Source: a virus
Reading direction: 5' to 3' (one strand)
Length of the DNA: 64,000 nucleotides
Virus record (IMG/VR): IMGVR_UViG_3300017917_003093
Span: 2,507-66,506 of that record
Part shown: positions 39,957 through 48,724 of the stretch, piece by piece
Numbering within the stretch: the stretch's first letter is position 1
How the letters are laid out: each line of letters starts with the position of its first letter
Made by a program: the position numbers and the translations under genes
Notes under the pieces: model-generated
What the model saw: only the letters and a program-made list of their open reading frames with translations
What the model was told of the DNA's origin: nothing
The model's database searches: none

Positions 39957-40093
39957 CTAAACATGATAAGAAACATTTATCTCCGCCCCCGGCAGAAATC
40001 CAGGGTTTGTTGCACAAAAACAACAGTAAAGCCTAAGCCCGGGACAATGGATATCCATGGTTAGTACCCACTAACCTAGCAGCTACAAGGCGG

Positions 40094-40122
40094 TTGACAA
40101 AAAAACACCCATTTCGTATAAT
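40094..40122 (+). promoter_or_regulatory. early sigma70-type promoter 2 (perfect consensus)
   Basis: TTGACA-N17-TATAAT. Confidence 0.9.
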
Positions 40123-40158
40123 AGTATTATTAAAACAATGCACAAAGGAGCTAGTTGT

Positions 40159-41178
40159 ATGTCAACAATCATCATCAAATCAGGCAGTTATCGCAACAAA
40201 CCCGTGATCAATGTGAGTTTCGCTTTGGTCAAGGATTTTCAAACCGGTGCCAAAGGGGGCTATGTTACAGTGAAGAGCGATGGATACTTTGGACCCGATA
40301 CGCCGGATGTGGTGCGTATCAAAGTAGACTCAATCGAAGATATTGAGTTTACCTCTCAGTCAGCGGGCTCCTCACGAGTTACCGCAGTGACCACGCCAGT
40401 GGAAACCGACGACGAAGTCATGGATCGTATCGAACAACGATTCAACATCCTGGAGCAAATGACCAAGGCCACTATATCAGGTGACGTCCGTGCCATGATC
40501 GTTGTGGGCCCTCCCGGAGTTGGTAAAAGTTACGGTGTAGAAAAACAACTGGAAAAATCTGGCTTGTTTGATCAGCTCAGTGGTCGCAAGATCAAGTATG
40601 AAGTGATCAAAGGTGCTATGACGCCGATTGGACTCTACTGCACATTGTATAAACATTCAGATCCCAACAATGTCTTGGTGTTTGACGACTGTGACTCGGT
40701 GTTCCAAGATGACTTGAGCTTGAACATTTTGAAAGCGGCACTGGACTCAGGCAAGAAACGTAGAATCTACTGGAACTCAGACTCGGCCATGTTGCGCCGT
40801 GAAGGTGTGCCTGACTGTTTTGATTTCAAAGGTGGCTGTATTTTCATCACCAACTTGAAGTTTGACAATCTGCAATCGAAGAAAATGAAGGACCATTTAG
40901 AGGCCTTGCAGAGTCGTTGCCACTTCTTAGACCTTACGCTCAATACCATGCGCGACAAGTTCCTGCGCATCAAACAGATTTTCCGTCAAGGTCAGTTGTT
41001 CAATGACTATGACTTTACACCCGAACAAGGTGACGAAATACTCAACTTCATGGACGAAAATAAGGATCGTCTGCGTGAAATGAGCCTGCGCATGGCGCTG
41101 AAGATCGCAGACTTGACCAAGGTCAGTGCCGAAAACTGGCGAGCTCTTGCAGTGACCACGTGCATGAAAAACTCTTAA
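40159..41178 (+). CDS. AAA+ ATPase with SRC motif (clamp-loader-like clade)
   Basis: GPPGVGKS, VLVFDDCD, IFITN, ALQSRC; AAGGAG SD. Confidence 0.8.
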   Translation: MSTIIIKSGSYRNKPVINVSFALVKDFQTGAKGGYVTVKSDGYFGPDTPDVVRIKVDSIEDIEFTSQSAGSSRVTAVTTPVETDDEVMDRIEQRFNILEQMTKATISGDVRAMIVVGPPGVGKSYGVEKQLEKSGLFDQLSGRKIKYEVIKGAMTPIGLYCTLYKHSDPNNVLVFDDCDSVFQDDLSLNILKAALDSGKKRRIYWNSDSAMLRREGVPDCFDFKGGCIFITNLKFDNLQSKKMKDHLEALQSRCHFLDLTLNTMRDKFLRIKQIFRQGQLFNDYDFTPEQGDEILNFMDENKDRLREMSLRMALKIADLTKVSAENWRALAVTTCMKNS

Positions 41179-41189
41179 ACGGTAGCTCC

Positions 41190-41243
41190 TGGGTGATAGC
41201 AATATCACCCATTTTACACAGGCACTTCGGTGCCTGTTTTTTT
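41190..41243 (+). terminator. tandem hairpins: GCAA-tetraloop stem plus UUCG-loop intrinsic terminator
   Basis: TGGGTGATA-GCAA-TATCACCCA; ACAGGCAC-TTCG-GTGCCTGT followed by a T run. Confidence 0.9.
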
Positions 41244-41276
41244 GATCTTGCTCGAGTAAATATGTTATACTAAAGC

Positions 41277-42125
41277 ATGATCTTATCTATTGATCTTCCA
41301 GAGGTGTCATTGAAGTTTCGGGTATTGGACACACCCGTGGCGGGTCTTTGGGTTGACCGCATGCAACACCGCATAAACTGGCCTTTGGATGACCCAACTC
41401 GATTCTATGGATTCAATGATCCTGAACAAGACACGCAGTTTGCATTGACCAAAATCAATCACTGCATAGATCAAATCAAACAACGCTATCCTGGAATCAC
41501 ACGAGGGCCAGTTACGCAGGTTCATGACCAAGACAGCCTAAACTACTGGCATCACATATTTGAAACACGTCATGGATTGCTAGGGCAAGAAGATCTCAAC
41601 GATCCTTTGACAAGTGTGTTGGCCGAGTTGAACGTGGCTGTGCATCGTTGTGAAAGCGTGGCCCGCGGTAATCATCCTAGATTTGTCTGCACTTGGTATG
41701 GCATGCCCAAGATCAAAACACTGCCCCTGGAGTTAATGGGCGAATACGGCACCCTGTCACCTGAATTTGGTTCTGTGTGTCTGAACTATGCCGAAATCGG
41801 CAAGACTCTTGAGGATCTGTCGCAAGATCGTGATAACTACATCAGTGATCAAGCATTCCGGCCATTCTGCCATTATTCCGCAGACTTTGTAGTGCGCATG
41901 TACGAAGAACCCAAATCAGTGATTGATGCTAGATTAGCCAACATGAAAACCTTTTATTCTCAACACCAAGATTTTTTCTTTGAACAAGGCTACACACAGT
42001 TCGATGATCCTAGACTGTTGCCTTTGAGATTTCCAGTGGCGCAGTTGATAGAAACTCAGCCCAGGTCACAGTTGATACAACACATAGCAAAACAACAACA
42101 CATTACACAGGTCACTTTAGAATGA
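41277..42125 (+). CDS. hypothetical protein (His-motif family, see 26426)
   Basis: Behind TGTTATACT; SLNYWHH...LNVAVHRCE...YAEIGKT. Confidence 0.7.
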   Translation: MILSIDLPEVSLKFRVLDTPVAGLWVDRMQHRINWPLDDPTRFYGFNDPEQDTQFALTKINHCIDQIKQRYPGITRGPVTQVHDQDSLNYWHHIFETRHGLLGQEDLNDPLTSVLAELNVAVHRCESVARGNHPRFVCTWYGMPKIKTLPLELMGEYGTLSPEFGSVCLNYAEIGKTLEDLSQDRDNYISDQAFRPFCHYSADFVVRMYEEPKSVIDARLANMKTFYSQHQDFFFEQGYTQFDDPRLLPLRFPVAQLIETQPRSQLIQHIAKQQHITQVTLE

Positions 42126-43585
42126 AAAAAGCCACCATCGTCATACGAGACGAAGTCAACATCAAGATTGAAGGCCTTGAACTGGATGCTCGTCGCAGTT
42201 GTGTGAACGCATTCAAATATGATGTACCGTATGCTAGATATCTGCCCGCGGTGCGTCTAGGCAGGTGGGATGGCAAGGTCAGCTATTTTCAGTTGGGTGG
42301 TAGCACCTATGTGAACTTGTTGCCTGAAATCATACCCATACTTGAAAAGTTCAACTATGACATTGACTTGGATGATCAGAGAGACTATGCTACAACATTT
42401 GAGTTCCAACCGGTTACCGAAAACAGTTACAGCCACATAGACTGGCCCAAGGGTCATCCTGCGGCCGGAGAACCCATGAAGCTTCGCGATTATCAAGTAG
42501 AGATTATCAACAACTTCTTGGCCAATCCACAATGCCTGCAAGAGGTAGCCACTGGTGCAGGCAAAACTGTTATGACCGCGGCACTCAGTGATGCTGTCAC
42601 AGCATATGGTCGTAGCATAGTGATCGTGCCCAACAAGAGTCTGGTCACACAAACAGAAAAAGACTACATCAACATGGGTCTGGATGTGGGTGTTTACTTT
42701 GGTGACCGTAAAGAATGGGGTCGTCAACACACCATCTGCACCTGGCAAAGTCTTAACGTGTTGCTCAAGAACACAAAAAATGGCACTGCCGCCGATGACT
42801 GCACCATAGGCGAGTTCATAGAAGGTGTGGTATGTGTGATTGTGGACGAAGTACACATGGCCAAGGCTGATGCGCTCAAAACACTGCTCACAGGGGTAAT
42901 GAGTCGCATACCCATACGCTGGGGACTCACAGGAACCATACCCAAGGAAAAGTTTGAAAGTGTAGCCTTGCTTGTGAGTCTCGGGCCTGTGATATCCAAA
43001 CTGTCAGCATCGGAACTGCAGAGTCAGGGCGTGTTGGCTCAGTGCCATGTCAACATCGTACAGTTAGAAGACCATGCCGAGTTTTCTAACTACCAAAGCG
43101 AACTCAAATATCTCTTGGAAGAAGAAGGCAGAATAAAAACCATCGCGGACTTGGTGCGACAAGTAAATCTCACAGGCAACACTTTGGTGTTGGTAGATCG
43201 GATCGCCGCAGGGCAGGCCTTGGTTGATCAACTGGACAATGCGGTATTTGTATCAGGTGCAACCAAAGCCAAAGATCGTCAGGATGAATACGACGAAGTA
43301 GCTGTGGCCGATGGCAAGATCATTGTGGCCACTTATGGTGTGGCCGCTGTAGGGATCAACATTCCCAGGATCTTTAACTTGGTGTTGATAGAACCGGGCA
43401 AGAGTTTTGTGCGGGTGATACAGAGTATCGGGCGTGGTATCCGCAAAGCCGAAGACAAAGATCATGTGCAGATCTGGGACGTGACATCAACTTGTAGATT
43501 TGCCAAACGGCACTTGACCAAACGCAAGGCCTACTACAAAGAAGCCAACTACCCGTTTACACAAGAGAAACTTCCGTGGAAGTAA
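42122..43585 (+). CDS. uvsW: SF2 DNA helicase UvsW-like
   Basis: LRDYQ, ATGAGKT, VDEVH, GLTGT, QSIGRGIR. Confidence 0.9.
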   Translation: MKKATIVIRDEVNIKIEGLELDARRSCVNAFKYDVPYARYLPAVRLGRWDGKVSYFQLGGSTYVNLLPEIIPILEKFNYDIDLDDQRDYATTFEFQPVTENSYSHIDWPKGHPAAGEPMKLRDYQVEIINNFLANPQCLQEVATGAGKTVMTAALSDAVTAYGRSIVIVPNKSLVTQTEKDYINMGLDVGVYFGDRKEWGRQHTICTWQSLNVLLKNTKNGTAADDCTIGEFIEGVVCVIVDEVHMAKADALKTLLTGVMSRIPIRWGLTGTIPKEKFESVALLVSLGPVISKLSASELQSQGVLAQCHVNIVQLEDHAEFSNYQSELKYLLEEEGRIKTIADLVRQVNLTGNTLVLVDRIAAGQALVDQLDNAVFVSGATKAKDRQDEYDEVAVADGKIIVATYGVAAVGINIPRIFNLVLIEPGKSFVRVIQSIGRGIRKAEDKDHVQIWDVTSTCRFAKRHLTKRKAYYKEANYPFTQEKLPWK

Positions 43586-43622
43586 AGGTTGCACTTGCCA
43601 AAAAACGTGTTATAATCATAGT

Positions 43623-44123
43623 ATGAGAATACTAACATTAGACAACCGACCATTTGAACTTGATCATCTACCCGAGGAAGTAGATGACATGCGTTTCGCT
43701 ATATTTGACAACTCGGATCCTAAAGATCCCGATTATCACTATATTCCTTTGATATTCCTGGAAAGTTTTACGGCACCGGCCCTGGTATTACGCATTGGCG
43801 ATCACAGGATCAAGATGCCAGTGGATTGGCAGGTCTTGATTGGAGAACCCGATCTAGGAGATCTAGAAATGTTGCCGTTAACATCCATTAACGATCGTGG
43901 ATTCAAGGCTTTCCAGTTCAATCCTCTCAGTAGTTTCCGTCCCAGCTTCCTGGACGTAGAAATCATTGATGTGTATCAGGAAGTTACCTGGTATGCTCCC
44001 AAACTAAAAAATGGTCAGATGTTGTGCGTTCCAATCAATGAAAGCGAACAACCAGACTGTGTGTATTTCGTCAAAGACATCAGTCGCAACTGTGAAATAG
44101 TAGACTACAACAAGGCCTGGTGA
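43623..44123 (+). CDS. hypothetical protein
   Basis: ATG 6 nt behind TGTTATAAT; first gene of the mini-polymerase operon. Confidence 0.75.
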   Translation: MRILTLDNRPFELDHLPEEVDDMRFAIFDNSDPKDPDYHYIPLIFLESFTAPALVLRIGDHRIKMPVDWQVLIGEPDLGDLEMLPLTSINDRGFKAFQFNPLSSFRPSFLDVEIIDVYQEVTWYAPKLKNGQMLCVPINESEQPDCVYFVKDISRNCEIVDYNKAW

Positions 44124-44124
44124 T

Positions 44125-44460
44125 ATGCAAATCAAATACAATGAACATGACATTGGTGGAGAGGTTGTCAAAGACAACGAAACCTACTTATTAAAAGACA
44201 ATAAAACACTGAACAATCTAGTGTTGAGTTCGACTAGATTGTATCAAGGACAAAGCACTCGTGGACACAGTCATGCAGGCCAGGAAGAAGTTTATTTCTT
44301 TGTACAAGGCACAGGTGTCATGATCGTGGGCACAGACAGATTTGTAGTAAATCCAGGGGATGTTGTTTTGATTCCTGATGGCGAGTTTCATCGCGTGTGC
44401 AATGATGGCGAAACAGATCTGATTTTCAACTGTGTGTTTGATGGCAAACGGAATCACTGA
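44125..44460 (+). CDS. cupin-domain protein
   Basis: GHSH..QEEVYFFVQG, PGDVVLIPDGEFHRV.N. Confidence 0.85.
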   Translation: MQIKYNEHDIGGEVVKDNETYLLKDNKTLNNLVLSSTRLYQGQSTRGHSHAGQEEVYFFVQGTGVMIVGTDRFVVNPGDVVLIPDGEFHRVCNDGETDLIFNCVFDGKRNH

Positions 44461-44465
44461 TTTAC

Positions 44466-44915
44466 ATGAGCGATAAGTTAAACATCAACAATGAAATGCG
44501 ACAGTTTGATCTCAAAAACAGATCATTCTATGATGAGCTTACCCCCGAAGAACGCAAGAAGTTTTCAACATTCCTTATGATACGTTGGGGATCCAGCATA
44601 CAGGCTTCACGTGAACTGCAAGAGTACTATGTGCAGAGTACCAATCACTATCTCAACAAGAACTTCTTTTCCTTGAGCCGACATCCCAAACTACAATGGC
44701 TCATGGCCACCGCGGTCAGTCCTGGGTTGGGCACACACAGACATCAATGGATTGCTCCCAAGAAAAAAGAAGGCGGTGACTCGGCCATAAGAAAACAGTT
44801 GGCTGAAATGTATCCACATCTCAAAGACGACGAACTAGATCTGATGGCCAAGATTACCACCAAAAAAGAAATCGATGAATATCTGAAAGCATCGGGTGCA
44901 GAAAAGAAGAAATGA
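44466..44915 (+). CDS. possible clamp-loader small subunit (T4 gp62-like)
   Basis: Size and pattern FLMIRWGS...N...LQW...QWIAPKKK recall gp62; weak. Confidence 0.4.
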   Translation: MSDKLNINNEMRQFDLKNRSFYDELTPEERKKFSTFLMIRWGSSIQASRELQEYYVQSTNHYLNKNFFSLSRHPKLQWLMATAVSPGLGTHRHQWIAPKKKEGGDSAIRKQLAEMYPHLKDDELDLMAKITTKKEIDEYLKASGAEKKK

Positions 44916-45586
44916 CCTACGAGTGTAGATACTGCAAAAAAAGTTTTGCCAAAGAAACCAGCCTGACTGTTCACATGTGTGAACCTAAACGGCGATTCCA
45001 AGAACAAGACGAGCGTGGAGTACAACTGGGATTGCATGCCTATCTCAAGTTTTATGAACTCACACAAGGCAGTGCTAAACTAAAGACCTTTGATGACTTT
45101 GCTGCCAGTCCTTACTATCGTGCGTTTGTAAAATTTGGCAGGTATTGTGTGGCAGTACGGGCTATCAATCCTGCCAGATTTGTAGAGTGGTTGTTGAAAA
45201 ACAACAAGAAGATTGATCACTGGGCACGTGATACCATGTACACAGAATATCTAGTGACTTATCTGCGACTGGAGAACGTCAACGACGCTCTGGCCCGAGC
45301 CATGGAACATGCCATAACCTGGTCAGAAGAAACCGGCAATCCAGATAGAGATTGCCTGCGCTATGGCAATACCAATGCCATGGTCTATGCTGTGACCACT
45401 GGCAGGATCAGTCCATGGATAGTGTATAACTGTGAGTCGGGTCAAAAGTTTTTGCGTGAGTTAGACAACACGCAGATTGCCATGGTATGGCCTTACATTG
45501 ACTCAGACTTTTGGATGAAAAAGTTCTCGGACTATCCAGCAGATCAAGAATATGTCAAGGATATCTTGACTCAGGCAGGGTGGTAA
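44912..45586 (+). CDS. hypothetical protein with N-terminal Zn finger
   Basis: YECRYCKKSF...HMC. Confidence 0.75.
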   Translation: MTYECRYCKKSFAKETSLTVHMCEPKRRFQEQDERGVQLGLHAYLKFYELTQGSAKLKTFDDFAASPYYRAFVKFGRYCVAVRAINPARFVEWLLKNNKKIDHWARDTMYTEYLVTYLRLENVNDALARAMEHAITWSEETGNPDRDCLRYGNTNAMVYAVTTGRISPWIVYNCESGQKFLRELDNTQIAMVWPYIDSDFWMKKFSDYPADQEYVKDILTQAGW

Positions 45587-46536
45587 TGAGCACGATTATT
45601 CTAGGCAGCAATCACAACAATACCGCTGAGTATTACCAATACCTGGGTCTATCACCCAGTCGTTTGATAACCGCAACAGAACACGATTATGATCCTGGAC
45701 ATACCAGTGTACAGGACATTGATGACTTGACAGTGTTGGAAACTGTGTTGAGTCGCGCCGACCAGGTGTATTGGGCACATCCACACATCAGTGAGTTCAG
45801 TGACAGTGATTCCTACTATGATTTCATGGATTGGTTGAAGGACTACAATCTACGACATCACAATCTACAGAATCTAGAATCTGTGGTTTTTGATCCCTAT
45901 GGGTGGAATCAAAAATTTGAACCAACAGCCAACCATGCTGTGTTCTTAGGATGCAGTTTCACCGCAGGTGTAGGACTGCCAGACCCTCACACCCACTATG
46001 CCCACCAGGTGGCCCAACATTTTGGCAAACAACTGATGAACTTGTCTGTGCCCGGGGGCAACAACAGCCAGATTTTTGACAGATTCACACAGTTACGGTG
46101 CTGTGCCGGTCAACTGGTAGTGGTGCAGTTTACAGATCTGGCCCGCATAAACTATTGTGATCAGCACAAAAATCTATCATCGTTGTTGTTCTCTACTACC
46201 AAGATGGACAAAGATCTACATAGATCTCTGTTGGAAGTTTACCATAAAGACTTTTTGTTTTATGAGTTACTTGTTAAAATAAGAGCCATGGTGGCCCTGG
46301 CTCAAGTCCAGAGATTGAAATTGGTTTTTTGGTTGTCAGACTACAAGAATCCCACGCTGTATTCGCGATTGGATCAGACCTATTTTTATTCTATGAAACA
46401 GTTTGTTCCGGCCAGTTGGATCAAAAACTATCTAGTAGATTTTGCACAAGACGGACTCCATCCTGGAGTACAATCAAACAAAAACATCGCCACAGCATTG
46501 ATACGCTATATTGAAACTGTGTACAAGGACCAATGA
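45586..46536 (+). CDS. SGNH/GDSL-like hydrolase-fold protein
   Basis: FLGCSFTAG, NLSVPGGNN, DGLHPG. Confidence 0.65.
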   Translation: MSTIILGSNHNNTAEYYQYLGLSPSRLITATEHDYDPGHTSVQDIDDLTVLETVLSRADQVYWAHPHISEFSDSDSYYDFMDWLKDYNLRHHNLQNLESVVFDPYGWNQKFEPTANHAVFLGCSFTAGVGLPDPHTHYAHQVAQHFGKQLMNLSVPGGNNSQIFDRFTQLRCCAGQLVVVQFTDLARINYCDQHKNLSSLLFSTTKMDKDLHRSLLEVYHKDFLFYELLVKIRAMVALAQVQRLKLVFWLSDYKNPTLYSRLDQTYFYSMKQFVPASWIKNYLVDFAQDGLHPGVQSNKNIATALIRYIETVYKDQ

Positions 46537-47114
46537 TGCAGACCGATATTGATATTGATTTGGCAGATAGAGAACAAGTGTTGGCATTGATACATCATAC
46601 TCCGGCACGGCAACTACATCAAGGACAGGTACGTCGTCACAACAGCGGAGTGTACGTCACTGACATACCTCAAGATCCAGTGCATGGTTGTGCCAGCCTG
46701 GACTATGAAGAGGCTGAAGAACTTGGATATTTCAAAGTAGACCTTTTGAACATGTCGGTGTACCAACTGGTCAAAGATCCTGCACACTATCAAGCCATGT
46801 TGAATCGTGAACCCGATTGGGCTCGGCTGTGGACTGATCCGGCCTGGGCACAACAACTGGTGCATGTGGGCAACTACACAGATCTGCTGAAAAGTATGCG
46901 TCCAGATTCGATACCACGCATGGCTGCATTTATCAGTATCATACGTCCGGGCAAGGCACATCTACAGAATCAGTCATGGGATCGGGTGTTTGCTTCAGTT
47001 TGGGATGGAGACAACAGCCAAGGATTTGTATTCAAACACAGTCATGCCATCAGTTACGCGGCCTTGGTGGCACTGCACATGAACTTACTCAGTCAAGACG
47101 CCGAACCAAAGTAA
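46533..47114 (+). CDS. miniature family-C (DnaE-like) DNA polymerase catalytic core
   Basis: DIDID, HNSGVYV, GYFKVDLL, IIRPG and FKHSHAISY occur in DnaE order within 193 aa. Confidence 0.8.
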   Translation: MMQTDIDIDLADREQVLALIHHTPARQLHQGQVRRHNSGVYVTDIPQDPVHGCASLDYEEAEELGYFKVDLLNMSVYQLVKDPAHYQAMLNREPDWARLWTDPAWAQQLVHVGNYTDLLKSMRPDSIPRMAAFISIIRPGKAHLQNQSWDRVFASVWDGDNSQGFVFKHSHAISYAALVALHMNLLSQDAEPK

Positions 47115-47466
47115 TACTTTTACGTTTTGATTTTTTACGGGCCATTTCGCTGAGGCTGCACACGGGCCCGTGCATGATGGTAAGATCTTTGTTGGCAAAG
47201 GTGCGTAGATAAGGCCTAAAATCTTCCCAGTCATCTTTGAGGAATATGTTTATGGGCACAGCCCGATTGCTTTCCCACCACCAGATATTGGCCAACTCCA
47301 GGAACCTGCGTTTTATTTCCAAGTCTTGTATGGCTCCAAAATCGTAGATGGTAGTGATGGCATCATCTTGATTCTGTACGATACCCACGTATTCTGTGCT
47401 GGCGTACACGCACAGAGTTATAAATGGGTATTTTTCAGCGAGTTTGGCAAATAAATCGTGGTTCAT
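47089..47466 (-). CDS. hypothetical late protein
   Basis: TAAATA on minus strand at 47476-47481; basic C-terminus. Confidence 0.7.
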   Translation of the reverse strand: MNHDLFAKLAEKYPFITLCVYASTEYVGIVQNQDDAITTIYDFGAIQDLEIKRRFLELANIWWWESNRAVPINIFLKDDWEDFRPYLRTFANKDLTIMHGPVCSLSEMARKKSKRKSITLVRRLD

Positions 47467-47526
47467 ATCACGTGATATTTACCAGACCGTTTTCATGGTT
47501 GTTTCTAAAGTTACTAAATACTCTGT

Positions 47527-48687
47527 ATGTACTCGACCCAGGCTTATGTTTACCAACAAATCACACAAGTGTTGCTCATGGACACTGGTGCGGGCGAAAC
47601 TTTTATCTATAGGTATGATCCTGTGTACGCAAAACGCTTGACTATAAACAAAGGTGTTGACAATGTGTTGTTGTTTGAGTTTATCAATCAGCAAGAAAAG
47701 CCAGTGAACATCACCGGTAGTACTTTTGTTTTCCGTGTGATTGACACCGAAAGCAACAAGATCTTGATACAAGAACCCATGGTCACGCTGAATGCGCCCA
47801 CAGGTCGGGCTAAGGTCACATTGACCAGCGAACAACTGCTGGAAGTGTTGGCACAGCCTGCCAACTACAGCATCAGCAGGACCAGCGGCAATCTAACCGA
47901 AGCTGTGTTTGTTGATGCGCAAGCAGGTGCTCGGGCACCAGTGGACATCGTGGATTCAGTGTTGCCACAGCATGTGCCCAGCAGTCCTCTTACCATACCT
48001 ACTACCAAACTTTCGGCCCAGATCAGCGTGGAAGGATCTGGTTATGAAAATTGGCCAGCCAGTCCTTATTGGGCCGGCAACCCTAATGGCGGCAGCTATT
48101 GGAACAGCTATTTGAATCCACAGTATTTCAGCAGTTTTATTGAACCCAGAAACTCTGTGACCACGGTGCAGATGGATCTAGTGGGCTACACCGGGACCAT
48201 CAAGTTCCAGGCCGCAGAAAACTATCAGAGTATTTGGTACAATGTCACAGAAAGCGTGACTTATCTCAACAAAACAGGAACCATACATTGGAACGTGATT
48301 GGATGGTATCCTATAATCCGTGCCTGTTTTGATAGCAGTTTGTTCTCAGTGCCAAACTACCCTACCCCATCGCCGGCATCGGCCTATGCTGTGTGCAATG
48401 ACGGAGTGGTTACCAGCATTATTATGAACAACAACGGCACAGGTTATCTGGCACCGCCCAAAATCAACATTGTGGGCACCGGATCTGGTGCCACAGCCGA
48501 AGCCATATGGGATCCGGCCACAGGGTCTATATCTGGAATCACTGTGACCAATGGTGGTTCTGGTTATTGGCGGGTACCAAACGCCATGGTCAGCGGTTCG
48601 GGCGGTACCTATCCGGTAGCCCCACAAAATCAAGGTGCTGTGGTTATCATCAGCACCGGTTACGTAGAAAATCTCTTATACCGATAA
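47527..48687 (+). CDS. baseplate/virion structural protein
   Basis: TAAATA 6 nt upstream; KPVNITG..F BppU-like N-terminus; G.GY..PP...G.G.GATA..I..TNGGSGY repeats. Confidence 0.6.
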   Translation: MYSTQAYVYQQITQVLLMDTGAGETFIYRYDPVYAKRLTINKGVDNVLLFEFINQQEKPVNITGSTFVFRVIDTESNKILIQEPMVTLNAPTGRAKVTLTSEQLLEVLAQPANYSISRTSGNLTEAVFVDAQAGARAPVDIVDSVLPQHVPSSPLTIPTTKLSAQISVEGSGYENWPASPYWAGNPNGGSYWNSYLNPQYFSSFIEPRNSVTTVQMDLVGYTGTIKFQAAENYQSIWYNVTESVTYLNKTGTIHWNVIGWYPIIRACFDSSLFSVPNYPTPSPASAYAVCNDGVVTSIIMNNNGTGYLAPPKINIVGTGSGATAEAIWDPATGSISGITVTNGGSGYWRVPNAMVSGSGGTYPVAPQNQGAVVIISTGYVENLLYR

Positions 48688-48690
48688 CGA

Positions 48691-48719
48691 TTGATCATAC
48701 TCAAAAATCATGTTACAAT
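48691..48719 (+). promoter_or_regulatory. sigma70-type promoter of primase, leaderless start
   Basis: TTGATC-N17-TACAAT with TG extension; ATG 5 nt downstream. Confidence 0.7.
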
Positions 48720-48724
48720 ACAGC

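Noticed and set aside
39901-40158. tRNA or known structured RNA in the intergenic gap
   Set aside because: No cloverleaf, T-loop or recognisable riboswitch consensus by eye; an Infernal/tRNAscan run would be decisive
46533-47114. DnaE pseudogene fragment
   Set aside because: Motifs from distant parts of DnaE are joined in one intact, translationally coupled ORF, which fits compaction rather than decay
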